Assembly: GCA_964106915.2 (NCBI GenBank)
Contig: OZ066919.1
Reading direction: 5' to 3' (one strand)
DNA length: 64,000 nt
Origin: Podarcis gaigeae
Lineage: Eukaryota
Within the stretch, counting starts at the first letter, position 1. Each line of letters opens with the position of its first letter. The notes below the pieces were generated by a model. The model was not told the origin of the DNA, did not search any database, and was given only the letters and a program-made list of their open reading frames with translations. Made by a program: the position numbers and the translations under genes. Shown here one piece after another: positions 1 through 11,818 of the stretch.

Positions 1-3000
1 TCTGGGATATTGTGGGAAGTTTTAAAAGTCAATGTCGCCTCATGCTCTGGGTTCTTACTGCTGTTGGAACCTGCTGCAGAACAATAAAAGATCTAAGTCT
101 ACTGACTGCTATTTTGCTCCAAATTGCCTGGCTGGAATTTCCTTCTTTTACTGACTGCATGGACCCATGGGGGACTTGTACCCTGACGAGCTGTGCTGTT
201 GAGTAGTCTCTCAACCCAGAATTTTTTTTAACAGAGACAAGGGTCTCTTCTGGAGATGCTGGGGGTTCAACTTGGAATCTTTTGCATGCAAAACTGATGC
301 TCGACTTTGAGCTACAATATTGCCTTTATGCCTTGCCTGGAGTTTCCAAAGGTATCTTGCCGTTTACTGTTGGAAACAGGATGCTAATTTGGTTGGCCTT
401 GGCTTGATCCAATGAAACATCTATTCTCCTGCCTTCCTCTGAGTTCCAATTTGCTGTCATTGCAGGTCCTAATAGCACACGTCATTCGGATATTTAATAG
501 GCTAAACAAAAATATACTTGGCTCACTAATGTAGAACATCAGTGGGCTTCGTAACGGTTTGGGGCTTCTCAATTGTCTTTGCTTGAGATGAGAAACTGGA
601 GACATTTTATATTTTTGTGGGTCTATCTGAAAATTTCCCTGAACACTGTTTGGTGGCTTCTGCTACTGCTTTTACATCTTTGTTGTCTGTATTTGCTTGT
701 AAATCTTTCCATTTTGCAGGCTAGAGATAATTTAAGCCTGAAAAAGAATATCTGAAAATATATTACTTTTAAATGGTAAGATTCATCACATCTAAGCCTC
801 GATGCCCGATCATCAAAAAGACCTGCTTTTATTTCTGAAAAGATCCATTCTGTCAGAGTAAACAGAATGCATTATTCCCCTTTAATAACCATTTTTAAGC
901 ATGCTTCTGTATTACTTTTCTTCCACAGCTGTATTGCAATAAGCCTTAGAGTAATTGCCAGTTCTCTTCTCTAATAGGTTCATTATTCTTTTGCCATAAT
1001 TGCAGCCATTAAACGACCAATTGTTAAATTTCCACTCCTACATTTACTTAGCACTCCATTTTATAATAGGGTATATCATTACGGTACCCCAGTGGCCACA
1101 GCAATTGTTCAAAGCGTTTCTGAAAAGTCAATGAGATCCTTTTGAAATACGTCAGAATTTCTGATTTCCAAGTAATCCGTCTCTACTCTTCCCTCTCCCC
1201 TTCTCTGTATAGTTGTCTTTTTTTAGCCTTTCCTAAGATAGCAACTGTATTTAGGCAGTTTTTCTGAAAGCAAAGGAAGCTGACCTATTCAGGAAGATAT
1301 AATGGTGTGATTCCCATATATCTCAAGCACTAGTTCCTTACCTTTAGGTAATGATTCATACATAACAAGGTGATGGAGCAAAGATTTAACCAAAGAAATT
1401 AACACTTATGGCTTAATGGCTTTTTGAGGGCTTTGATTTATCTTTTCCCATGTTAAATTTGCTGGGCTTTCATCTGCACAGTAAGAGTGATCTAGCTACT
1501 GGCATTAGCTACAGTCATGGTAACAAAATGATCCATTTTATGACTCTTGCAATGTTGTTCAAAATTCTGAGACAAGCCAAATTGCTTATGTCAGGACTGG
1601 TGCACGTTTGTTGCTTTAGAGTAGTAGATTTTCGAGCATATCAGTAACAGAAATAGTTTAAGGAAGGCATAAAGACACTTTAGATGAACATTTTATTTAG
1701 AGCTATTAGCATAGCATTTCTTTGTTTTGAGTAACAGGGAGTGTTTCTCTGTTAGCAACTTCAGCTGTATATAATATATTAGCATTGTACTTTTGGGGGA
1801 CGAGGCACAGTATCTTATCTGTACACTTGGTGGCTTGGTGGCACATTTCTTGACCTAGCGTGTTTACTGTGACTGGGATTTGAGTAGTATTTTGGTCAAA
1901 ACTTCTGTTATCATTTACATGTATTATATCTGTTGGACTACACCCTCTGTGTAAGCTTTTAAATGGGTTTGATATGATGTGCTATGTTATATTTAAATTC
2001 TGCTTATTAGTGTGATGACATTTTAGGTTCTAGTATGAATAAACCTGACCCAACCATTATCAAATAATAAAAATAAAAGCATGCATGCTCAGACAATAGA
2101 AGCAGATCCTGTTGCCTCAGAATCCTGATTTGTCATAGGCAACCATTCCCAAGTAAGAGTGTCATGGAAGCCCACATAGTGAACTCAGTTTCTGTAGTCT
2201 GGAAGAACCTACAGCAAGTGTGGGAAACCTTGGGCCCTCCAGATGCGGCTGAACTACAACTCCCATCAGCCCCAGCAAACAAGAGTTGAGATAGATGTTT
2301 AGGTGTTCTCTCTGTGTGTGTCCTCATCTTGTCTCAAAATTGCTTGCTGATCATAGATAGCAAGAAAAAAAGGCAGACAGGAGAAATCTCATCCCACCTG
2401 GTGCTGCTACATCAAACAAGTATTTTGTCATGTGGGAAACCTCAGGCTGGCACAGAATAAATCCCGCTCAAAATCATTTTGACACTTTATCCCTCAAATT
2501 GCACTGTTTTCATCTTTAAAAGTTATATAGACTGCTTTTCCAGCAAAACACTTCCCATCTGATAAAGATTAGGCTGAAGTAGTCCTATGCTTTCTCACCC
2601 AGTGAATGAGTTAATAGAAATAATATATCTATGGTTCATTTTCTAGAGAATCCTGACCCTTCATAAGTAAAGTGAGGGCATGCCCACATAAAATATGGAG
2701 AGTACAAGATCCATCATTATAATGCATTTGTTACGTGAAAGAAAAGGCAGTCAGCCTTTGTCAAATTGCTGAGGTTTGGCTTCAGCAAAAATTATTCTGG
2801 GAAGCATAGACTGTGAATATCGTCACATACTTGTTAGAGGAAATTTGGAGGATACAACCTGTCCTCATTGGCAGAGGTGTATAAATTATCCAACTCTCAT
2901 GTCAAGGTGCCGTTTGGCAAACCCAATCATGCTTGCTCATGTCCCTAGAATTTTGGAATACTTGGGAGCCTGAAAAACCCTCACCCTTTCTTCCATAAAA

Positions 3001-6000
3001 CAGGTTAATAGGGTAGGAGACCTAGAGGTTAAGAAACTGCTTCAGGTGGAAGCTAACACAAAAGAGCCACCAGGAGGGCTACATCTGTCTGCTAACTATT
3101 TGCATTCACAAAGCGTGTTAGGCCATTTTCTTCTTAATAGAAAGAATTTACTTTGACCCTGTAGGCTATAATTTCTGGATACTCTGAATAGATTGTTACA
3201 AAAGAAGGATGGCTTTAACCCACTTATAAGCATCTGTGTTTCTCAGCTGACTTCTAAAGCTGCAGATAAGATACAGCAGAATTGCTCCAAACTTACACAC
3301 ACACACACAAACACACACCTGCAGCCACCCCAAGGACGAATGAACAGCTCCTGTCTCTCATCAGAATGCCAAGTGTTAGATTCAATTTTCAAAACTATTC
3401 CTCAACCTAAGGGAAAGAGTTGACATGGTAGGTAATAGAATCGCACATTTGGGTGGTTGTAATTTAGATAACTTCCATCATTTCCTTGTGCTATTTATAC
3501 GTAAAGAAAAACCTTTGCATTTAAAAAATGTCGGACGACTGGAAACAGCTTACAAACATCAGAAGGAATTAAAAAGCACATTAAACACTCAGCCACAGAG
3601 ATATGGTCTCTTCCACAAAAGCAGACATGACTGTGGCAAAAGGAATCTATTATTGTAAATATAATTTGCTATTATTATTACACATTCATTTTTATCATTC
3701 TTTGGCCCCATTGCATCATGTTGTCTCATGTCTATTTCCACCTTACTTATTCTTTCCTCACTCTATTTCTGTTTAGGTTTCAAGCATTCTTTTATCTGCC
3801 ACATCCTTAAAAACACACACAACCCTGCTTAGTATCCCATTTCCCTTCTTTCTTTTTCATCCCTCTCTGAGTTCATGATATTAATATTCTTAATCTAGCA
3901 AGGCAGTTAACATACTAAGACCATTTAGAAGCCACTGGCCTCCCCCCCCAAAAAACCCCCCCCCACAATTACATGTGAGTCTCCAAGGCCCAAAATTATT
4001 CGCATATGTTCTTGTGCCGCATCAAATCCACAACATGTCAAGCTCTTGGGTCCTGGTTACCTGAGGGAACACCTTCCCCTGTATTGACCCATTTGATAAG
4101 TTCATCAGAGGAGGCCTTGATGGTCATAACCTGCAGATTATCATGTCCACATACAATCACACTGTGTGGTGTACAGTGACAGGGGAGGGATGGTAGAATG
4201 GCATCTGCTGGCAATGTCCCTGATACTTTATTTTCTGTCCACATTTTTTTTCCAGTCAAAATGTCTTCTAGAGTTTCCTTCTTCTGAGTCTTTCATATCC
4301 TGGAAAATATAATATGAGGGGGCAGGGGAATGAGAATAAATTAAGAGGGTGGAAAACTTTTATTGAGTTAAGGTTTTCAGCTCTGTCCACACCTATTACA
4401 GAAATATTTAATTGAATCCCTGTGTTTCCTTAATCTGCCCATTTACATTTCTTTCCTTTCTTTAGCCAGACCTGGATTCCTTATTCTTCTCACGTTTTCC
4501 GGTCTTTTAGGATTCAGCACACAGCCGATAGGAGCAGATAGATTTATCAAGAACATTTGATTGTAGGTTCATGAAAGTGGTTCTTAAGAAGAAGCCCTTT
4601 TTGTGCTGATTAGGTCAGCATTAAAACATGAACACTGAAGCAAAGTTTGCTCAAGAAAATGGTGTCCAGGCTTTACTACCAAGAGCAAATGTGTGTTGTC
4701 TAAACCTTCCATCGAAAATATTTTGGGTTGAATTTAGTCTTGCTCTTCTGGGAACAGAAGGGCTCATTGACTTCACTAAAATAACCCAGATCCAGTGAAG
4801 GCTCCCACTGAAGGAAGTGGGGGAGGCAGTTTTCACCAATTCCCCCTCACCATGCAGCCAGTGCCATTTTACATGCTGTTGTATGGGCTCCTCTACCCCT
4901 CCCCAACCAGGAACAGCTTTTTAAGGAGCAATGGGACTACAGGGAAAGGCAAAATTAGAGAATCACCCCCATGCCATCCTTTTCCCAGTGCAAGCAGAAT
5001 TCCACTGATCACAGGTCTGCATCTAACCCTTTATCTCCAAATAAAGTTAAATGCATCATAAGGTGAGCAGTCCTATTCACAACCAACGCTACCATGCGCA
5101 AATAATTTTGGAGGTTCATTTGCAAGTTTTGTAGCACCTTTTTTGTCTTGTTCTCCTTCAGCTTCTAAAATTGTCATGGCTCTCTGGAGAAAGTGATGAA
5201 ATCTGAAGAATTAATATTGCTGATGGTTAACAGCCCAGATAATTTCTAGTTAAATTCATATCTTTCCATGGCTTGTCATACTAACACATTCAAAAGGCTA
5301 AATGGGTTTTCTATGAGTTACCCATCCAGCATTTGTATCTTGCAGATTGTTGGGATGAAAGAAGTAGGAGGGCAAAATAGGGAGGTAATTGGCTGGGGAG
5401 GGGGGATTTTTAAGCCAATTGAAAAAAATATGTTAACTATGTGTTAAGTATAATTGTTTTGATTGCACACTGAAATTGAGAATGTCTTATGTATATTACT
5501 GAGGGTTTAACATGGAAACTTCCATTGTTCCAAACTAAAGAAGATCAAGAAAACCTCTCTTAAGTGTTTAACAGGTTGATGATTAATTCTAGATGTTCTC
5601 AGCTCTGGCGTGTGCCTGACTTAGACCACATGATAGAGAGAGAACTACCTTCTATGGCTATGTTAATCTATGGGTGTCCATTTTGTGTGAATGAACAACC
5701 GAATGCGTAGGATGTGATAACAGGCCTCTCCTGGAATAATCAGCCTTATGCTGGAATGCAAGCTAATGGAGTCTGTGTATGGAGATTTTTGGCCTCTGAT
5801 TTCTGTGGCCTCTGATTTTTGGTGTGTTGGAATTATTTTGGATTTTGTAAGAAGCTGGGCCTGTGCTGGACATGCATGAGATATTGCCTGCAACTGTTTT
5901 GGACGTATCACTATTGTTTTTGTTCTGTTTTGAAGAAAGTTCTGCAAGTAAAGCTTTGAATAACATTTATAGGTCTGGACAACTTTTATTCTAAAAGGAC

Positions 6001-6189
6001 TCTGCTTTTATGCATCCAGTTGCTTCATGCTGAGCAATATATTAATACCTGCAACAACTGCTACACGGTTAAAAGAAGATAGGAACATAAATAGATCCCT
6101 GCAAGATATGACCAAAGATCCGACTTTGTTTTCAATGGAAACAATTCACTTTAAATATCTATCTTTATGCTTTCATAGCAAAATCAGTT

Positions 6190-6285
6190 ACAGTGTGTAT
6201 CTGAAGAAGTGTGCATGCACACGAAAGCTCATACCAAGAACTAACAGTTGGTCTTTAAGGTGCTACTGGAAGGAATGTTTTTGTT
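6190..6285 (+). mobile_element. Penelope-like element terminal fragment with 15-bp TSD
   Basis: The insert ctgaagaagtgtgcatgcacacgaaagctcatacc...ttggtctttaaggtgctactgga resembles reptile PLE ends. It is flanked by identical atagcaaaatcagtt at 6175-6189 and 6286-6300. Confidence 0.75.
6197..6234 (+). ncRNA. Minimal type-I hammerhead ribozyme motif
   Basis: GUAU / CUGAAGA-A / GUGUGC-AU-GCACAC / GAA / AGCU / C / AUAC. This gives stem I (gtat:atac), the core boxes, a perfect stem II and a palindromic tetramer in place of stem III. Confidence 0.7.
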
Positions 6286-9200
6286 ATAGCAAAATCAGTT
6301 GGCTTTGTGTGTGTGGCTCAGATTCCAACATTATGTGATCACATTGAGTGGGGGAGCTGAACTGTATGTACCTGATACCTAGCATCCATTATAAGAGCTG
6401 CAGCTGTTCTAAGTGGGAATAAGCAGGACATGGAGGGCGGTCATTGCCATAGCAGAACATTGACTGGCCTACAAGCAGTCAGATATATGTAACACAGTTC
6501 CCTCCTCAAACACTAATGAAGTATCTAAATAAGGCTTCTGTCTACCAATGAATCATTATGAAGAGCTTGTCATATCTTTTTACACTGGGCTGATGTGATA
6601 AACATAATCATCAACTGTACATTTCATTATTAAGTTTCTGACATAGAATGTTTTAAGTGACCAGCCTCCCAACACATTTCCAGAACCTGCATGCAGTGTT
6701 ATTAGAGTTATTGATGGTAGAACTTGTCTCAGTTTTATGAACCTTTACTACTGTGAGTGTTTCATGCTGCAATTATAGTTTTATGTGGATTTCTTATTTA
6801 GGTGCATGATTGTTTACCAGTCCCAGTCTTATGCACAGCTAATTTAATGTGCTTTCTTTTGGTTTGTATATGTGAAACAGCGTTAGTTCACTGCAGTTTC
6901 ACAGCAGGCACAGATAAAAGTTGGGTGCTAAAAAAGAGTTGTCTTTTAATCTAAGGATAAATTGGTTTCATAATACGGTTAAAAGCTTTGAATTTGGGAA
7001 AGTAATTACAATGCTGTAGAAATTGAAAATATGGCTAGCAGATATAAAGGTACAAATGTTGAAACTCTCAGCAAGGTGCCTGCACATATGTGTATGTAAA
7101 ATATATAATTTTGATAATTTTTGTAAAAAGAATTGGTTTCATGTTGTTGTCATGTCAAATGCCAGGCTATTTTTATCACATCACGCAGTGACTACCACAG
7201 TGTAGATACAGCCTATAGAACTGGCAACTAATTGCACATATTATTTTGTGTGAAATCATTGGTAGTAGCTGAAGCAAATGATTGAACTTTGCATTTACAT
7301 CAGGTTTATTCTAGGTGTGCTTAGAAACAGTACCGAATTAGGAAGATCATCAGATTCTCTTCTTTTCTATGTATCATCATCAACATATTCTCAATTGCAT
7401 TCGTTAGCAAGAAGGGAAAGATACAGAATGCATCTTAATTTTTCCCCATTTCCCATTATGAATTGCTTTTCAATTGGAGACAGAGAGAGAAAATATTGTC
7501 TGTGCTTGCAGTCATACTTTTGACAAATTCTTCTTGTGACTTGTAAGCAGAGCAACTTCGTATTTGGAGAGGATATGAAACTCCACAGTGGGTCTGCCCT
7601 TGCTTGTTCCAACACCATTACAGTGACATTCCTGGCTGTGAATGTGTTTTCACTCCTGCTGTTGTATCTCCCCACACCCCCAACAGTGAACCAACATATC
7701 AACTATGGCTTTAGAGAATAGCATGTATTAAGCTGGTTTACAACACAGGCTCAACCATATTAAGCAGCTATTTTATGGATTCCTTACTTTACTATTTCTT
7801 TGGCTAGGCCTTGTCTGTCAGGAAAAAAATGTCATTCACAAAATGACAATAGGTTGCTATTTATTTCTCTGTGTCATCTAAAAGCAATCATTCAAAACAA
7901 GAACTAAGGTGATCTTCTTAAGGCAAAAATGTTTTCAGAGATGAAAGCTGGCAAGGCCAATTTGTTACCACAAAACACAGTGGCAGGGTGGAGGGGAGGC
8001 CAAAGCGCCTGACTATTTCGTGAATGGGCTTATTTTCCTTTTGCATTGTGTATCAATAAAATAATATCTTGTGCAAGCAGGTTTCTTCTCAAGTCTTAGG
8101 ATTGTGTTGTTGCCTTAGCTTTCTTTGATAACCATCTGCAACAGACGCAAAACTGAAAAAGTGGGGAAATGAAGCAAAAGAGACATTGCCCTAATGCTTC
8201 AGGGATGTTATCCGTACGGGTCAGTAATCATTGCCGCTGCCTGTTTAAAGAACCAGCAGGGCAATACAGAGAGTCTTTGATTCTATCATATTATACAACT
8301 AGGAGTATTATGGCTGTAAAGGGAAAGAGAGACAAAAGGTGGACACAGAACAAAAGCCAGCAACTGAAAATCATTCACATTTACCTAACCACATCTGATA
8401 TACAGTGAAGACCAAAGGAGAAGAAGAAGAAAATAAACTAAAATGCCCTCCCCACCCCCAATGGTTAAAGATGTGCTTATTTAGCAGATATTTCAATTAC
8501 TAGGCGCCTCTTTTTTTCCTCTTTTAATTTCATTGGCTTGCTTCTCCAGGCTCCAACAGATGAGAAAGGTTTTCCTTCAGTACAGCCTGGGAGTCTGCCA
8601 AATCCAATACAGCCCAGAGGTGGGGAAGTTGCACCCCATGAAATGTTGCAGGACTCCAGCTCCCATCACTGCTGATCATTTCTTTGTCCCACACATTTCA
8701 GTGCATCACGCTGTCACTTCCCTAGCCACAAAAAGTCCATTACCTTTATTTATGTATTTTAAGAGTTGATTTGTTGCACTAGGGGTCCACTTAACTGCAC
8801 AAATCAAAATCTGTGGCATGAGCATGTGGTGGATCCTTCCTGCAAAATAGTGACAGTTGGGATACACAATAAACCAAAAAAAGGTGTGTTTTGTTTAAAA
8901 TTCATTCACTTTGATGAATTATTCCAGGAGTATAGCAAGTGCCTGAATGCAAGCACAATTGAAACGGAAATTGAAGTTTCTCGGGCACTTTGTGCCTTTT
9001 CTTAAAGTTCCCTGCATGTTTTAGACCTACTTTGAGGCTTTGCCTCAATTTTTGATGTCTTGTGTTTTGGTGATGGTATATATTTTTCGAGTCTATTTTG
9101 TTAGCTATTCTGCCTTCTTTCCCTGTTTAAAGCCAAATATTAACATTTTTACAGTAGATTTTTCTCATCACTTTCAGTCTGTGTTTTCTGGCACTTTGCA

Positions 9201-9503
9201 AAAGCTGTGAAGGTTTTGTGTCTGAGTGGTTGAAATATTCAACCACTTAAAAATCTATCATTTATATTTACCGGCACTGACTTTAACTTATGAATTACAA
9301 ATAAGATTCAATTTTACTGTAGAAATATGCCTTGATAACAATGCTGCTGAGTACATGTGGGCACCAATGGTTGTTATTAAAGTGCTTACAGCAGACAACA
9401 AGGATTTTTTTTCTTGGGTTCTAAACACTGCAGTCTAGTGCAGCTACTTAGAAGTAAGTTCACTGAGCTCCACAGAACTTATACGTAGGTATATATGCAG
9501 CGC

Positions 9504-9505
<2 letters not shown>

Positions 9506-9541
<36 letters not shown>
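9506..9541. repeat. (TG)n microsatellite
   Basis: Direct read. Confidence 0.97.
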
Positions 9542-9543
<2 letters not shown>

Positions 9544-11516
9544 ATTTAATGTGCATTTGATCTCTTTAGGGGCTTCTTTTCAAGCAGCCAGTGAAGGATT
9601 TCTTCAGAATTTGTTTGCTCTGTTGGCCTTACTAAGGACTGAAATAATGTGTTTAGTAGACAGAGATTTATCAGCAAAAACTGTTACGAATTTAGGGGAA
9701 ATGGTGGAAAAGAAATTTATTAGTTTACACATGCACCAAATATTTATCAGTTTCAGTTCTAGTGGAACTCCTCTTATTTGGCGGGGAAGCATTCACTTCT
9801 CCTCCAAGGGAAACCAGCAAAAGAAGCTTTAAAACAAACGAAGATGTTGCCTCTGTAGATTCTAAACAACAGGTGTTTCACTCTGGCCTTCAGATTGTCT
9901 AGAAATACTCTCCTAAATGTATTTATTTCATTAAATTTATATTTTGCTTGATTGTGGGGGGGGGGGGACACACCTCAAAGCGGTTTACAAAAAAAAAGAT
10001 AGGACAATGAAATTATAACTTTAAATTTTTTACAACCATAATTTAAATCATACAAAAAGTTTAAACCGTAACTTAAAACTCATACAATTATTCCTAAACA
10101 TTTAGGTAGGCTTGTCTAAATGTCAATCATTGCTACAATTTCATTGGTTGGCTAAAAGCAACGAAAGGCAGAGATAGCTACTTTCTAACCAAACAAATGA
10201 GCCTGGCAACCCAATCCTCTGATTGGCCGCTGTGGGCCACTACCACATCCGCAGCTCCTCCGCTCTTGCCAGCTAGGGTGGGAGGTGGGGAGAGCAAGAA
10301 AAATGCCTCTTTACTGTAGTCACTATTAGCACAGTGCAGACACCACACCTGATTCCTTTAATTAGGCTGTGTTTACAAAAGAAAAAAATTCTACAGGTTT
10401 ACTTGTCATCAGCAGTAGAAAAACTGAGGTTCCGAAAGATCAACAGCACATTTCTGTGCCTGAAGTGAAAAGGGAAATTTCCTAACAAGCATGTGCAAAT
10501 CATGCTGCTCCCCAGGCCTGGCTCCTGCTGTAAGAAAATATTGGGGAGCAGGTAAAAGTTAAAGTCTCTCCTACAGTATATGAGAGTTCTCAAGAAAGCA
10601 TAACAATGTTAACACTTGGAGACATGGAGGATTCAAAACTGATATTCTAGCAACACTGCTTGCTTATCTTTTGGTTATCATTGTATTATACAAATGAGAC
10701 ATGCATGGTGTTTTGTGGATTTCGATATTCCTGGATTTGAAATGCAATTTCTTACATATCAGATCTCTAATAGATTGTAATCCTTGTATGCATCTTGATC
10801 CTCTCTGCAGCTATGCACCCCAACGGAACTGCACAGATATTAGTAACCTAAGAGGGAACCAATGCCTTTCGCTGCATCTCTCCTCCTTTCTGCTCACTAA
10901 AATTAAGTGTATCTCATAATGTTATCTGTCACACTCCCAACATAACATGAGCTGGGATATGGAGTCTAATCTTAAAGATTAAGCTGGGAGGCCTTCATTC
11001 AGCAATGTTAATAAGCACAGGCATCGTTTCTCGTTAAACTGGGAGTCCAAACATGCAGTGAAGCACAATTACTTGTCAACAATGAAGTTAGGGAAACACA
11101 ATGCTTTGGTTAATTTCTCCCCACTCCCCAACCCCACCTGCATTGTTGCCCAGCAAGGCTGCCTTTCCTAGACTCCAGGTAAACTTAAACAGGAACAGTT
11201 CTATTTAAGTACAGTAGGCAGGGGGACATGCTTATTCCCCAGCCTCCATGCCCACACTGGCTTCCTCTTTCCACTTGCCTCGACAGGAACTTCCCTCTTC
11301 AAGTACTGCCCCTCGACCCAGGAGCTAACTATATGAACACTGTCCAGACAACTTTTACAACAGCTGGTATGGTATATAGATTCATGATTTGGAAAGCTTC
11401 ATGCGGCCAAGATGGTATGGCACAAAACTGGTTTGCTGCTGTATAGTGTGTCCTGGGTGCATCCACAACAATAAAGAGTCTTCTGACATTTAGAGGCTAA
11501 CATGCAGTTGTAGAGA

Positions 11517-11594
11517 TAGTAGTAGTAGTAGTAGTAGTAGTAATTTATTATTTGTACCCCACCCATCTGACTGGGTTGCCCTAGCCACTCTGAG
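11517..11594 (-). mobile_element. L2-clade LINE extreme 3' end with (CTA)n tail
   Basis: taccccacccatctgactgggttgccctagccactctg is the same terminus as at 33044. Here it abuts a (TAG)8 run. Confidence 0.75.
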
Positions 11595-11729
11595 TATATA
11601 TGGTATATAAACCGCATATATATAAACATGACGACTGTAAGCAGTAAAGTGAATTGTAGTTGGCAATCCAGTTGCTAGCCAAATGGAAAGTGATGTATGG
11701 CTCAAGTTGCCTTTGCAAAAAGAGTAAGG

Positions 11730-11818
11730 TGGCAATCCTGTCCTCACTTACCTGACAGCAAACCTCATTGGATTTAATAGGATTTAATCCTGAGTAGATA
11801 TGGTTAGGATTGCACTGT
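11730..11818. repeat. Short palindromic interspersed repeat (gcaatcct...aggattgc)
   Basis: Inverted ends gcaatcct / aggattgc. Decayed relatives are at ~31765-31850, 48025-48110 and 51110-51195. Confidence 0.55.
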
